DNA of 64,000 nt from Gemmatimonadaceae bacterium (GCA_025934775.1 JAICWO010000004.1:114724-178723), one strand, 5' to 3'. Positions 41,823 to 51,424 are shown, counted from the stretch's first letter. The notes: generated by a model from the letters alone, not told the origin. Translations and numbers: made by a program.

Positions 41823-42823
41823 TTCGCCCCTCGCTCGATCCCGCGGATCGTTTGCGCCTTGCGCGCGAGCTGAACGAGCACCGCCTCGAGCGCGTCGTCG
41901 TATGCGTCGGGCTGCATCGTCGGCTTCTTGGCGATCAGAGAGTCCACCCGATCCTCGAGCGCGTACTTCTCCTTGTAGAGCTGCGCGAGCTGCGGATCGT
42001 TGGCGCCGGCCTGCGAGACGAAGCGGTCGTCGAGAAAGAACCGGCGCGCGAGCACGCCTTCGCCGGTGCGGCCGTCGGGATCGGCGACGCCTTGTTTGTT
42101 GCCAACATCATCGAGCTGCGCGTGCTCCGTCTGCAGCTTGGAATCGTTGTCGTAGACGCGCTTCGTCTCGACGACCGCGTAGCGAAACGCCTCGAGGAGC
42201 GACACGCGGCCGTCCTTGTCGGTATCGGCGACGTCCTTCGTCATGGCGTCGACGAAGAAGCGGGCGAACTCCGATTCGTTGCGCTCGAGCGCGCTCTTGG
42301 TCGCGGTGATGATCACCCGATTGGGAGCGGCGAGCACCGGGAGCACGTCGCCGCTCGCGCTGGTCAGGTCGACGAACGCGACTTTCTGGGTGGGGAATTT
42401 GGCGAGCAGCTTGGCGAAATCGGCGGCCGAGAGATCGGGGCCCGGGAGGCTGATCTTGGAATCCTCGTGCTCGCCGCTCCCGTGGCCGACGAGCACGAGG
42501 ACGATTTGGTCGCCGGCGCCGGCGCGGCGCGCCTCGCGATCGATCGCCGCCTCGACGCGCTCGCGCGTGGATTGCCCGCGGAAGTACGGCAGCGTCGACG
42601 CGCTGTCCTCGCCGAGCCAGGTGATTAATGAATCTGGTATACCAAAACGCTTATGCGCCGACTCCGCGAGGGCGCTCGAGAGGGTCGCGAACGACTGGCT
42701 GTACTTCGGCTCGCCGCCCAGGCCGCTCACGATCACGAGATGCGTCTGCGCGGCGAGCGGCGCCGCGCCGAGCGCGATGCTCGCGAGCGCGAATCGAACG
42801 GCGCGCGCCGCGCGGCGCGTCAT
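41819..42823 (-). CDS. secreted caspase/legumain-fold-like protein (His-Gly present, Cys position is Ser) with canonical EF-hand loop
   Basis: In-frame ATG at 42823 overlaps the upstream stop (ATGA). Signal peptide ..APLAAQ. Contains VLVLVGHGSGE and FVDLTSASGD, and an EF-hand loop DTDKDGRVSLLE. Confidence 0.6.
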   Translation of the reverse strand: MTRRAARAVRFALASIALGAAPLAAQTHLVIVSGLGGEPKYSQSFATLSSALAESAHKRFGIPDSLITWLGEDSASTLPYFRGQSTRERVEAAIDREARRAGAGDQIVLVLVGHGSGEHEDSKISLPGPDLSAADFAKLLAKFPTQKVAFVDLTSASGDVLPVLAAPNRVIITATKSALERNESEFARFFVDAMTKDVADTDKDGRVSLLEAFRYAVVETKRVYDNDSKLQTEHAQLDDVGNKQGVADPDGRTGEGVLARRFFLDDRFVSQAGANDPQLAQLYKEKYALEDRVDSLIAKKPTMQPDAYDDALEAVLVQLARKAQTIRGIERGAK

Positions 42824-45153
42824 GCGAGGCCCCGCGCCTTGCGATACGCCCATTCGCCGCTCACGAGCGCTATGAGGAGCAGCAGCATCGCCGGCATGTC
42901 CCAGAGCTCCATCTGGTTCACGACCGTGATGCCGTGCTTGCTCAGCGCGACGTCGTCGGCGAGATGCGACACGGTCGCCGGCGTGTAGAACTTGCCGCCC
43001 GTCTCGGTCGCGATGCGCTGCAGCAGCGGCGCGCGCATCTCGGCGTCGACGAACTCGGTGTTCAGCGGCGCCACGCGCAGGTGGCTGGTGTCGCTCAGCG
43101 CGACGCCGTTCGGGAGCGACGCGTCGACGAGGATGGTATAGTCGCCGGCGCGATCCGGCGTGAACGTCGCGCGATACTCGCCGTCGTGATCGATCGCCCA
43201 GTCGAGCGGGAGATCGCGCGCGGCGCCGCTGTCGCCGGCCACGTGCGCCACCACCTTCGCATCGTTGCGCGGAACGAAGATGCTGTCCGCGACGGTCGCG
43301 CGCAGCGACACGGGCGTGTTCGGATTCGCCTGATCGGTGGGCGTCGACACGACGACCTGCCCCGGGACGTCGCTCGTCAACCAGCGCGTGAGCTGCCGCC
43401 AGAAGCGCGAATACGCGTCGTCGTTCGGCGGGGAGTTGGGATCCATCTGCCAGCTCCACGAATCCTGAATCGGGAACGCTACCGACAGACCACGCCCATA
43501 CCGCTGATACACGAGCACGGGTTGCTCATAAGAGTTTACTGGTGCACCCGGATCGCCCGCGCGACCGCCGGGCGGCGTCGCGCCGGTGACGAGCGTGATC
43601 GCGCCCGGCTTGATGCCGCGAATACGGTTCACGGTCGTCACGGTCGGCAGCTTGGTCCAGCGCGTCATCGACGCGTTCGGCGTCGCCGCGATCTGCGCCA
43701 CGGCACTGCTCGCGCCGTCGGGCGTGAGCGCCGTCTTGAGATCGGCGAAGAACGTGAGTGAGTCAGGAACTGCCGGGCCGCTCACGATCACGGGCATCAC
43801 ATCGGCGAGCGCGGTCCCGGCGTAGCCGCCCTCGGCGAACGCGCGACGACCGCCGAGCATCAGCAGACCACCGCCGCGCACGCTCACGAAATCGGCGAGC
43901 ATCGAGAGCTGATCGTGCGTGAAGAAGCTCGCCTCGATGCTGCCGAGAATGATTGCGCGATAGCGGAACAACTCGGCGCGGGTCTTCGGAAAGCCCGCGG
44001 CGAGATCGGTCGCGCTGTCGATGTCGAGGCGGAGGAATTTCTTATCCGCCGTGCGCAGCAGGGTGACGAGCTGGATGTTCGAGTCGGCCGCGACGGCGGC
44101 ACGAATGAAGCGCGTCTCGTAGCGGGGCTCGCCTTCTATATAGAGAATCTTCTCGCGCCCGTCGCGCACGTCGACGAGCGTGGAGTGTGCGTTGTTCTCG
44201 GCCACCTGCTCGCCCTGCTGCACCGGGATGCGGAAGGTGAACGCGCGCGCACCGGCGTGGTCGGCGGTCACCGTGACGCGAACCGGTGCGACGTCGCCGT
44301 CGCGCGGGAGCACGATCGTATCCTGCGAGACGATATGTCCGCTGTCCTCGATGACGAGCGGCACGCGTTGGCCGCCGTAGCCGCGCTGGCGAATCATCAC
44401 GTCGGCCACGAGCGCGCCACCCTTCAACACGGAGTGCGACGCCTCGACGCGCTGGATCTCGATGTCCTTGTCGAACTGCTCGGCGCCCAGTCCGACCGTG
44501 AAGATCGGCACCGAGCGCGCGCGCAGTGACAGCAGTTCGTCGCCGATCGGGGCGCGCGAGTTGTCGGCGCCGTCGCTCACGACGACGAGACCCGACAGCG
44601 GCACCGCATCGAGCTCCTGACGCGCCTGCTCGATCGCGTCGCCGATGTGCGTTTCGTTCGACGCGTAGCGCAGCTCGGCGACGCTGTCGATGCGCTGGGC
44701 CGCGGCCGAAAAGCGGAACAGCCGAACCGTGAACTTCTTCCGGAGCGACTGGAGCAGCGCGCTGTCAGGGCCGCCGAGTGCATGCGCAACCCAGTCGCTC
44801 CGCGGTTTGCCGTCACGGTCCGTGATCCGCATGCTGCGCGAATCGTCGATCAACACGCCGACGTAGTTGCGTTGCGGCACGGCCGCGGAGAGCAGCAGCA
44901 TCGGCCGGAACAAGCAGACGACGAGCAGCAAGAGACTCGCGGCGCGCAATCCGCCGAGCACCCACCGATCGCGGCGCGAGCTCTTGCCGCGCACGGTTCC
45001 GTAGCTCAGCACCGCGGGGATGCCGATCAACGCCGCGGCGATGAGCAACAGCTTCACGGAGCCGGGGGCGCCAAAGGCGAGGGTCCCCTGTGCGTACTCC
45101 GCCGGCCGGTACTTGAAGAGGAACGCGAAGATTCCTTCGAGCCAATGGGCCAT
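42820..45153 (-). CDS. membrane-anchored VWA + class-I glutamine-amidotransferase-like domain protein
   Basis: N-terminal TM pair, MIDAS DDSRS, and a later block RAIILGSIEASFFT..GGGLLMLGG (GATase1-like, no obvious Cys nucleophile). C-terminal TM. It is the first gene of the operon. Confidence 0.8.
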   Translation of the reverse strand: MAHWLEGIFAFLFKYRPAEYAQGTLAFGAPGSVKLLLIAAALIGIPAVLSYGTVRGKSSRRDRWVLGGLRAASLLLLVVCLFRPMLLLSAAVPQRNYVGVLIDDSRSMRITDRDGKPRSDWVAHALGGPDSALLQSLRKKFTVRLFRFSAAAQRIDSVAELRYASNETHIGDAIEQARQELDAVPLSGLVVVSDGADNSRAPIGDELLSLRARSVPIFTVGLGAEQFDKDIEIQRVEASHSVLKGGALVADVMIRQRGYGGQRVPLVIEDSGHIVSQDTIVLPRDGDVAPVRVTVTADHAGARAFTFRIPVQQGEQVAENNAHSTLVDVRDGREKILYIEGEPRYETRFIRAAVAADSNIQLVTLLRTADKKFLRLDIDSATDLAAGFPKTRAELFRYRAIILGSIEASFFTHDQLSMLADFVSVRGGGLLMLGGRRAFAEGGYAGTALADVMPVIVSGPAVPDSLTFFADLKTALTPDGASSAVAQIAATPNASMTRWTKLPTVTTVNRIRGIKPGAITLVTGATPPGGRAGDPGAPVNSYEQPVLVYQRYGRGLSVAFPIQDSWSWQMDPNSPPNDDAYSRFWRQLTRWLTSDVPGQVVVSTPTDQANPNTPVSLRATVADSIFVPRNDAKVVAHVAGDSGAARDLPLDWAIDHDGEYRATFTPDRAGDYTILVDASLPNGVALSDTSHLRVAPLNTEFVDAEMRAPLLQRIATETGGKFYTPATVSHLADDVALSKHGITVVNQMELWDMPAMLLLLIALVSGEWAYRKARGLA

Positions 45154-45242
45154 GTGTAGACTACGACCGCGTCGCCATCAGGGTTGAGACACGCGAGCAG
45201 CAGCGACGGTTCCGTGACACAGGGCCACTACATTTTCCCTAC

Positions 45243-46151
45243 ATGAATGCACGCTACCTCACCGCCGACGTGTTCACGGACCACCGTTTCGGCGGCAACC
45301 AGCTCGCCGTGTTTCCGGATGCTCGGGAAATTCCTCCTGAGCTAATGCCACAGATCGCACGAGAGTTCAACTACTCGGAGACGACGTTCGTGCTGCCGCC
45401 TGCCGACCCGAGCCATACGGCGCGCGTGCGCATCTTCACGCCCGGCGGTGAGTTGCAGTTCGCCGGACACCCAACGATCGGCACCGCGCACGTGCTGGCG
45501 ACGCTCGGCACGGTGCAACTGACTGGCGGCGTGACGCCGATCGTGTTCGAGGAAGGGGTCGGCCCCGTTCCCGTCACGATTCGCGCCACGGGCGGCAAAC
45601 CGGAATTCGCGCAGCTCACGGCGGCGAAGGTGCCGGAAGCCGGTCCGCCGCCGCCGAGCGCGGCCGAGCTCGCGGGGGTATTATCGCTCGATACGAACGA
45701 TGTGCTCGACGGCGTGATGAAGCCGGAAGCGGTGTCCTGCGGCACACCGTTCCTCTTCGTGCCCGTGCGCGACCGCGCGGCCGTGGGGCGCGCGCGGCTC
45801 AACATCGATCGCTGGGAACGCGCGCTCGAGGGCTACGTGACGGACAAGGTGTTCGTCTTCGCGATGGAGGCAGAGCACGCGGGGCACGATGTTCGCGCGC
45901 GCATGTTCGCCCCCGGCATCGGTGTGGCCGAGGATCCGGCGACCGGCAGCGCGTGCGTCGCGCTCGCAGGCTATCTCGCGTGGCGCGATCCGCGCGCGGA
46001 CGACACGCTTCGTTGGATCGTGGAGCAGGGTTTCGAGATGGGTCGCCCCAGCATTCTCGAGATCGAAGCGGAGAAGCGCGCGGGCGTGGTGACCGCGGCG
46101 CGTGTCGGCGGCCGAACGGTCGTGGTGTGCGACGGGACGATGACGTTGTGA
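45243..46151 (+). CDS. PhzF-family isomerase
   Basis: DVFTDHRFGGNQLAVF...EFNYSETTFV...RIFTPGGELQFAGHPTIGTAHVL. Confidence 0.9.
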   Translation: MNARYLTADVFTDHRFGGNQLAVFPDAREIPPELMPQIAREFNYSETTFVLPPADPSHTARVRIFTPGGELQFAGHPTIGTAHVLATLGTVQLTGGVTPIVFEEGVGPVPVTIRATGGKPEFAQLTAAKVPEAGPPPPSAAELAGVLSLDTNDVLDGVMKPEAVSCGTPFLFVPVRDRAAVGRARLNIDRWERALEGYVTDKVFVFAMEAEHAGHDVRARMFAPGIGVAEDPATGSACVALAGYLAWRDPRADDTLRWIVEQGFEMGRPSILEIEAEKRAGVVTAARVGGRTVVVCDGTMTL

Positions 46152-46163
46152 GGACTGGAGCGG

Positions 46164-46907
46164 ATGACGATCGAATCGACGGGTGACCTGGACGGCATGC
46201 GCGCGGTGGGCAAGCTGGTCGCACGCGCGCTGCGCGAGATGCGCGACGCGGCGCGGCCGGGGATGACGACGGAGCAGCTCGACGACGTGGGCGCCGGCTT
46301 TCTCCGGAAGCACGGCGCGCGCTCGGCGCCGCAGCTCACGTACGATTTTCCTGGATTCAACTGCATCAGCGTGAACGACGAGATCGTGCACGGGGTGCCG
46401 GGCCCGCGAAAGCTCAAGGCAGGCGACGTAGTGAAGATCGACGTCACCGCGGAGCTCGACGGCTACATCGCCGACGCGGCGATCACCGTGGTGCTCGCGC
46501 CGCAGAATCCGCGCGCGGTCTCGTTGATCGAGTGCGCGAAGGCGGCGTTCGAGCGCGGAATCGCAGCCGCGCGGCCTGGTGCGCGCGTGTCGGAGATCGG
46601 CCGCGCGGTGGAAACCGAAGTCGAGCGCTGGGGCCACGCCGTGGTGCGCGACATGTGCGGCCATGGTGTGGGCCGGGCGCTGCATGAACGGCCGTCGGTG
46701 CCGAACTTTTTCAGCCCGTTCACGCCGGGACGTCTCGCCGATGGACTCGTGATCGCGCTCGAGCCGATCATCAGCGAGTCGCCCACGCCGCTCATCGAAG
46801 ATGAAGATGGCTGGACGGTGCGGACGCTCACCGGCTGCCTCGCGGCGCACTACGAGCACACGATCGTCATTCGCGAGGGCGGCGCGGAGATCCTGACGGC
46901 CGCGTGA
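46164..46907 (+). CDS. map: type I methionine aminopeptidase
   Basis: Metal-ligand blocks VHGVPG, DVVKIDV..DGYIADAA, CGHGVGR, LEP and AHYEHT. Confidence 0.9.
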   Translation: MTIESTGDLDGMRAVGKLVARALREMRDAARPGMTTEQLDDVGAGFLRKHGARSAPQLTYDFPGFNCISVNDEIVHGVPGPRKLKAGDVVKIDVTAELDGYIADAAITVVLAPQNPRAVSLIECAKAAFERGIAAARPGARVSEIGRAVETEVERWGHAVVRDMCGHGVGRALHERPSVPNFFSPFTPGRLADGLVIALEPIISESPTPLIEDEDGWTVRTLTGCLAAHYEHTIVIREGGAEILTAA

Positions 46908-46920
46908 GCCGGCGCTAAGA

Positions 46921-47820
46921 CTAGCGCGATTTCAGCTCGTCCATTTCGTCGAGGCTGCGCGGCCAGTCTTCCTTGAGCAATCTCGAAAGCGCGCGATCGG
47001 CGAGCAGCCGGCCGTCGGTCTGGCAGGTGGCGCAGTAGTTCGTCTCGTTGTCGGCGTGTCGGATGCGCTGCACCGGGACACCGCAGACGGGACACGGTTG
47101 ACCATACCGGCCGTGCACCGCCATGTCGTCGCGAAACGCGGTCACCTTCTCGGGGAACACACCGGCGGTATCCGCGCGCAGTCGATCGGTCCACGCGACC
47201 AACGTTGCGCGGGCGGCCTCGTAGAGCCGCGCGATCTCGTCGTCGGCGAGTCGGGCCGTGAGCTTGACCGGCGAGAGCCGGGCGCGATGCAGGATCTCGT
47301 CGGAATACGCGTTGCCGATTCCGCTGAAGAGCCGCGGATCGGTGAGCGCTCGCTTGACGGTGTGATTCTCGGCGCGCAGCCGCGCGGCAAATGCCTCGAG
47401 CGTCGCATCGAGCACCTCGAGGCCGCCGCGCTCGAACGGCGCGAGCGCCGCGCGGCCGTGCACGAGGTGCAGCGACGCTCGCCGTTTGCTCCCGGCTTCG
47501 GTGAGCGTGAGCGTGCCATTCGGAAACTCGAATGCGGCGAGCGCGGCGCGTGATCCGGCCTTGCCGCCGCGCGCCTTCCAGTGCAGCCGGCCGGCGATCA
47601 TCAGATGGAGCACGAGGAAGAGATCGCCGTCGAGCTCGAAGACGATGCGTTTGCCGAGCCGCTCGATCCCGCACACGCGTGCGCCGGCGACCGCGGAGAG
47701 CGGGGGTTCGACGGTGCGCAGGAGGAACGGCGTGTTGAGCCGCACATCCTGAACTGGCTGGCCGACGAGGCGCTCGCGCAGCGCTTCTATGTAAACGGTG
47801 ATATCCGGGAGCTCGGGCAT
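46921..47820 (-). CDS. Fpg/Nei-family DNA glycosylase / AP lyase
   Basis: N-terminal MPELPD (catalytic Pro2/Glu3), an H2TH region, and a C-terminal zinc finger CPVCG...CATCQ. Confidence 0.9.
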   Translation of the reverse strand: MPELPDITVYIEALRERLVGQPVQDVRLNTPFLLRTVEPPLSAVAGARVCGIERLGKRIVFELDGDLFLVLHLMIAGRLHWKARGGKAGSRAALAAFEFPNGTLTLTEAGSKRRASLHLVHGRAALAPFERGGLEVLDATLEAFAARLRAENHTVKRALTDPRLFSGIGNAYSDEILHRARLSPVKLTARLADDEIARLYEAARATLVAWTDRLRADTAGVFPEKVTAFRDDMAVHGRYGQPCPVCGVPVQRIRHADNETNYCATCQTDGRLLADRALSRLLKEDWPRSLDEMDELKSR

Positions 47821-47931
47821 GGTCTCGTGTGGCCGGTGCGCGGATCTGGATGCTAGCGCCGGTTGTCACTGGTTCGAAATGGGCCGGGCGCTCCCCCCCT
47901 GGACAACCTGATGCACCGTGGCGATATCTTA

Positions 47932-47950
47932 CCCCTGAAACCTTCAGGGG
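47932..47950. promoter_or_regulatory. inverted repeat CCCCTGAA-ACC-TTCAGGGG just upstream of padR (operator or SD-masking hairpin)
   Basis: Perfect 8-bp arms ending 6 nt before the PadR start. The right arm contains the only purine-rich SD-like AGGGGA. Confidence 0.45.
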
Positions 47951-47956
47951 AACACG

Positions 47957-48289
47957 TTGCTCGCCGCCGATCTCGACCTGCTGCAGGGGACGCTCGACCT
48001 GCTCATTCTCAAGACGCTCACCTGGGGACCGAAGCACGGCTACGCGGTCGCCTCGTGGATCCGCCAGACGACGGACGACCGCCTCCAGATCGAGGAGGGG
48101 GCGCTGTACACGGCGCTTCACCGGATGGAGAAGCGCGGCTGGCTCGAGTCCGAGTGGGGCCTCTCGGAGAACAACCGCCGAGCGAAGTACTACCAGCTCA
48201 CGACGCAGGGGCGCAAGCAGCTTCGCGCCAAAGCGGCGGTGTGGACCGAGTACGCCGGCGCGGTATTCAAAGTTCTCAAAACCACGTGA
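47957..48289 (+). CDS. PadR-family transcriptional regulator
   Basis: LLILKTLTWGPKHGYAVASWI...EGALYTALHRMEKRGWLESEWG...RAKYYQLT. Confidence 0.9.
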   Translation: MLAADLDLLQGTLDLLILKTLTWGPKHGYAVASWIRQTTDDRLQIEEGALYTALHRMEKRGWLESEWGLSENNRRAKYYQLTTQGRKQLRAKAAVWTEYAGAVFKVLKTT

Positions 48290-48297
48290 GGTGAACC

Positions 48298-51012
48298 GTG
48301 AGCCGCATCCCTGGACTGCGACGGTTGATGCGCATCGTGCGCAATGACACGGGTGTCGCGCGCGCCGTCGACGACGAGCTGCATTTCCACTTGGAGATGA
48401 CGATGCGCGAGCTGATCGACGCCGGCATGTCGCCGGACGATGCACGCCGCGAGGCGGGGCGGCGCTTCGGCGACGTGCAGCGCACGCGCGAGCGCCTCAC
48501 CGATCTCGACCGCGCGCTGCTCGGCCAGGAGCGGCGCGTGGAGCGCTGGAACGCGTTCGTGCAGGATCTCCGCTACGCGGTTCGCGGCATCCGGCAGAAG
48601 CCGGGGTTCGCGGCCGCGGTCGTCGTCACGCTCGGACTCGGCATCGGCGCGAACGCCGCGATGTTCCGCATCGTCGACCGGCTGCTCTTTCGGCCGCCGG
48701 CATATCTCGCGTCGCCCAACCTGGCCGGACGCATCTACTTCGAGCAGACGTTTCGCGACAAGCGCGCCGCGAATACGTACACGGGATACCGCCGCTACCT
48801 CGATCTGCGCGAGAACACGACCTCGTTCGATGCGATGGCGCCGTTCACCGTGAATTCGCTCGCGGTGGGTGAAGGCACCGATACGCACGAGATGAACCTT
48901 GGCGTCACCGGCGCCGACTTCTGGAAGCTGTTCGACGTGCGGCCGGTGCGTGGCCGGTTCTTCACCGCGCAGGAGGACAGGCCGCCCTACGGCGCGCACG
49001 TCGTGGTGCTCTCGTATGCGTTCTGGCAAACGCGCTTTGGTGGACGCGATCCGCTCGGCCAGCAGCTCCACATCGGACCGGCGAAGTACACGATCATCGG
49101 CGTGGCGCCGGAGCGGTTCACGGGCTTCAGCTCCGCGCCGGTGATCGGCTTCATCCCGATGACGGCGCAGATGGGCGACGCCAACCCGGACCTCAAGCAC
49201 CCGTGGTACGACACGTACTACATGTCGTGGTTCGAGATTTTCGCGCGCCGGAATTCCACGGTCACGCTCGCCGCGGCGAACGCCGACCTCACCCGCGCGC
49301 AGCAGCTCAGCTTCAAGAAGCAGGCGACGATCAGCAAGAATCTGTCATCGTTCGACATCGCAAGACCGTCGGCGTTCATCGGTCCGGTGCTGCTCAACCG
49401 CGGCCCGAATGAAGGGAAGGAGGCCAAGGTCGCGACGTGGCTGCTCGGGGTCGCCGGAATCGTGCTGCTGATCGCCTGCGCGAACGTGGCGAATCTGCTG
49501 CTCGCGCGTGCGCTCAAGCGCCGCCGCGAGATCGCGGTGCGCGTCGCGCTCGGCATCAGCCGGTGGCGCCTCTTCGCGCAATTGCTGACCGAGAGCCTGC
49601 TCCTCGCGGCACTCGCCGCCGTCGCGGCACTCGCGATCGCGCAGTGGGGCGGGGACGCGATGCGCCGCGTGCTCCTCGACGAAACGGCCCCGGGACCGAC
49701 CGCGTTCGCCGATTCCAGAATACTCATTGTCGTCGCGGCGCTGGCGGTGCTCACGGGCGTATTCTGCGGCCTGGCGCCAGTGCTCCAGGCCACGCGCGAG
49801 GATGTGGCGTCGGCGCTCAAGGCGGGATCGCGAGAGGGGACCGTCCATCGCTCGCGGCTGCGCGCCGGGCTCCTCGTGGCGCAGGCGGCGCTGTCGGTGT
49901 TGCTGCTCGTGGGCGCGGGGCTGTTCCTGCGCAGTCTCGCGAACGCCAACGGCGTACGACTCGGCTACGACGCCGATCGCCTCCTCTGGGTCGATCTGAA
50001 TGCGCGCGGCACCAAGCTCGATTCGGCGCAGCAGCGCGAGATCCGCCAGTCGCTGCTCGAGCGGGCCGCGCGGCTGCCGGGCGTCGAGGGCGCCGCGCGG
50101 GTGGTATCGGTTCCGTTCTGGATGACATGGGAAGAGGACCTGCGCGTCGCCGGCATCGATTCGGTGAGCAAGCTCGGCGACTTCACGTTGCAAGCGGTCA
50201 CACCCGGCTACTTCTCGACGAGCGGAACGCGGATCCTGCGCGGCCGCGGCATCACCGAAGAGGATCATGCGGGCGCTCCGCACGTCATGGTCGTCGACGA
50301 ATCGATGGCCGCGAAGCTCTGGCCCAACCAGAGTGCGCTCGGAAAGTGCGTGCGCTTAAACGCCGACACTGCGCCATGCAACACCGTCGTGGGTGTCGCC
50401 GAGGACATCCGCGGCAGCGACATCGGGAAGCGCGACATGCACTATTACCTATCGATCGCGCAGTTCCATCCCGAGACTGGCGGGCTATTCGTGCGAACCA
50501 GCGCGCCCGCCGCCGATCACGCGGAAGCGATTCGGCGCGGGCTCCAGCCGCTCATGCCGGGGGCGTCGTACGTCACGGTCACGCCGCTGTCCCAAGTCAT
50601 CGCGGGCGAGACACGTTCCTGGAAGATCGGCGCGACGATGTTCGCCGTGTTCGGCGTGCTCGCGCTCGTGATCGCGGCCATCGGACTGTACAGTGTCATC
50701 GCCTACAATGTCGCGCAGCGCACGCACGAGATGGGCGTCCGCGTGGCGCTCGGCGCGCAAGCGCGCAACGTGGTCGGTCTCGTGGTGCGTGAAGGACTGG
50801 TCATCGTACTGCCGGGAGTCGCACTCGGCGCGGCGATCGCACTGGTCGCGAGCCACTGGCTGCAGCCGTTGCTCTTTCAGACCTCGGCCAAAGATCCACC
50901 GACCATGGTGGGCGTCGCGGTCACGCTGATCCTGGTCGCGGTGCTCGCGAGCTGGATTCCGGCGTTGCGCGCGGCGCGTGTGGATCCGAGCGTAGCATTG
51001 CGCGCCGACTGA
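48298..51012 (+). CDS. duplicated FtsX/MacB-type permease (ADOP, duplicated orphan permease type)
   Basis: 904 aa. N-terminal cytoplasmic helix region, then two MacB-periplasmic plus FtsX 4-TM modules (LIACANVANLLLARA...; RTHEMGVRVALGA). It directly follows padR. Confidence 0.9.
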   Translation: MSRIPGLRRLMRIVRNDTGVARAVDDELHFHLEMTMRELIDAGMSPDDARREAGRRFGDVQRTRERLTDLDRALLGQERRVERWNAFVQDLRYAVRGIRQKPGFAAAVVVTLGLGIGANAAMFRIVDRLLFRPPAYLASPNLAGRIYFEQTFRDKRAANTYTGYRRYLDLRENTTSFDAMAPFTVNSLAVGEGTDTHEMNLGVTGADFWKLFDVRPVRGRFFTAQEDRPPYGAHVVVLSYAFWQTRFGGRDPLGQQLHIGPAKYTIIGVAPERFTGFSSAPVIGFIPMTAQMGDANPDLKHPWYDTYYMSWFEIFARRNSTVTLAAANADLTRAQQLSFKKQATISKNLSSFDIARPSAFIGPVLLNRGPNEGKEAKVATWLLGVAGIVLLIACANVANLLLARALKRRREIAVRVALGISRWRLFAQLLTESLLLAALAAVAALAIAQWGGDAMRRVLLDETAPGPTAFADSRILIVVAALAVLTGVFCGLAPVLQATREDVASALKAGSREGTVHRSRLRAGLLVAQAALSVLLLVGAGLFLRSLANANGVRLGYDADRLLWVDLNARGTKLDSAQQREIRQSLLERAARLPGVEGAARVVSVPFWMTWEEDLRVAGIDSVSKLGDFTLQAVTPGYFSTSGTRILRGRGITEEDHAGAPHVMVVDESMAAKLWPNQSALGKCVRLNADTAPCNTVVGVAEDIRGSDIGKRDMHYYLSIAQFHPETGGLFVRTSAPAADHAEAIRRGLQPLMPGASYVTVTPLSQVIAGETRSWKIGATMFAVFGVLALVIAAIGLYSVIAYNVAQRTHEMGVRVALGAQARNVVGLVVREGLVIVLPGVALGAAIALVASHWLQPLLFQTSAKDPPTMVGVAVTLILVAVLASWIPALRAARVDPSVALRAD

Positions 51013-51030
51013 CGGCGGCGCCCGAGAAGA

Positions 51031-51059
51031 AACGGGGAGCTCTGGTCGAGCTCCCCGTT
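51031..51059. terminator. bidirectional terminator-like hairpin between convergent genes
   Basis: AACGGGGAGCTC-TGGTC-GAGCTCCCCGTT, a perfect 12-bp stem. Confidence 0.65.
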
Positions 51060-51066
51060 CCGGTCG

Positions 51067-51309
51067 TCAGCTCCGGCTCCGGCTGCTGCTATGGCTCCGG
51101 TGTCCGCCCTTGCGCGACGACGAGTGGCTGGACGATTTGCCGCGGCCCGAGCCCGACTTCTTGCCGCCGTGATCCTGTTTGTTGACCGTGGCCCACGCAC
51201 GGCGCTCCGATTCCTTCTTGCCCACGCCCCGATCTTCGTAGCCTTGTTCGATGTGGTGGGCTTCGCGTTTCTGCTTCGAGCTGTACGAGCTCTTGTCGCC
51301 TTTCGGCAT
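51067..51309 (-). CDS. small conserved Lys/Ser/Gly-rich protein (MPKGDKSSY...RRAWATVNK family)
   Basis: ATG at 51309 preceded by GGAGGA. MPKGDKSSYSSKQKREAHHIEQGYEDRGVGKKESERRAWATVNKQDHGGKKSG matches a widespread small-protein pattern I recognise but cannot name. Confidence 0.7.
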   Translation of the reverse strand: MPKGDKSSYSSKQKREAHHIEQGYEDRGVGKKESERRAWATVNKQDHGGKKSGSGRGKSSSHSSSRKGGHRSHSSSRSRS

Positions 51310-51424
51310 AGTGTCCTCCGGATAGCGAGGGACCATCCCCTCACGATCATCGTTCGCAGAGCGCATGCCGAACGCGGCGTCGAACGTCGACTCACGGGCG
51401 CGGCCATTGACGCTCGGGTGGTTC

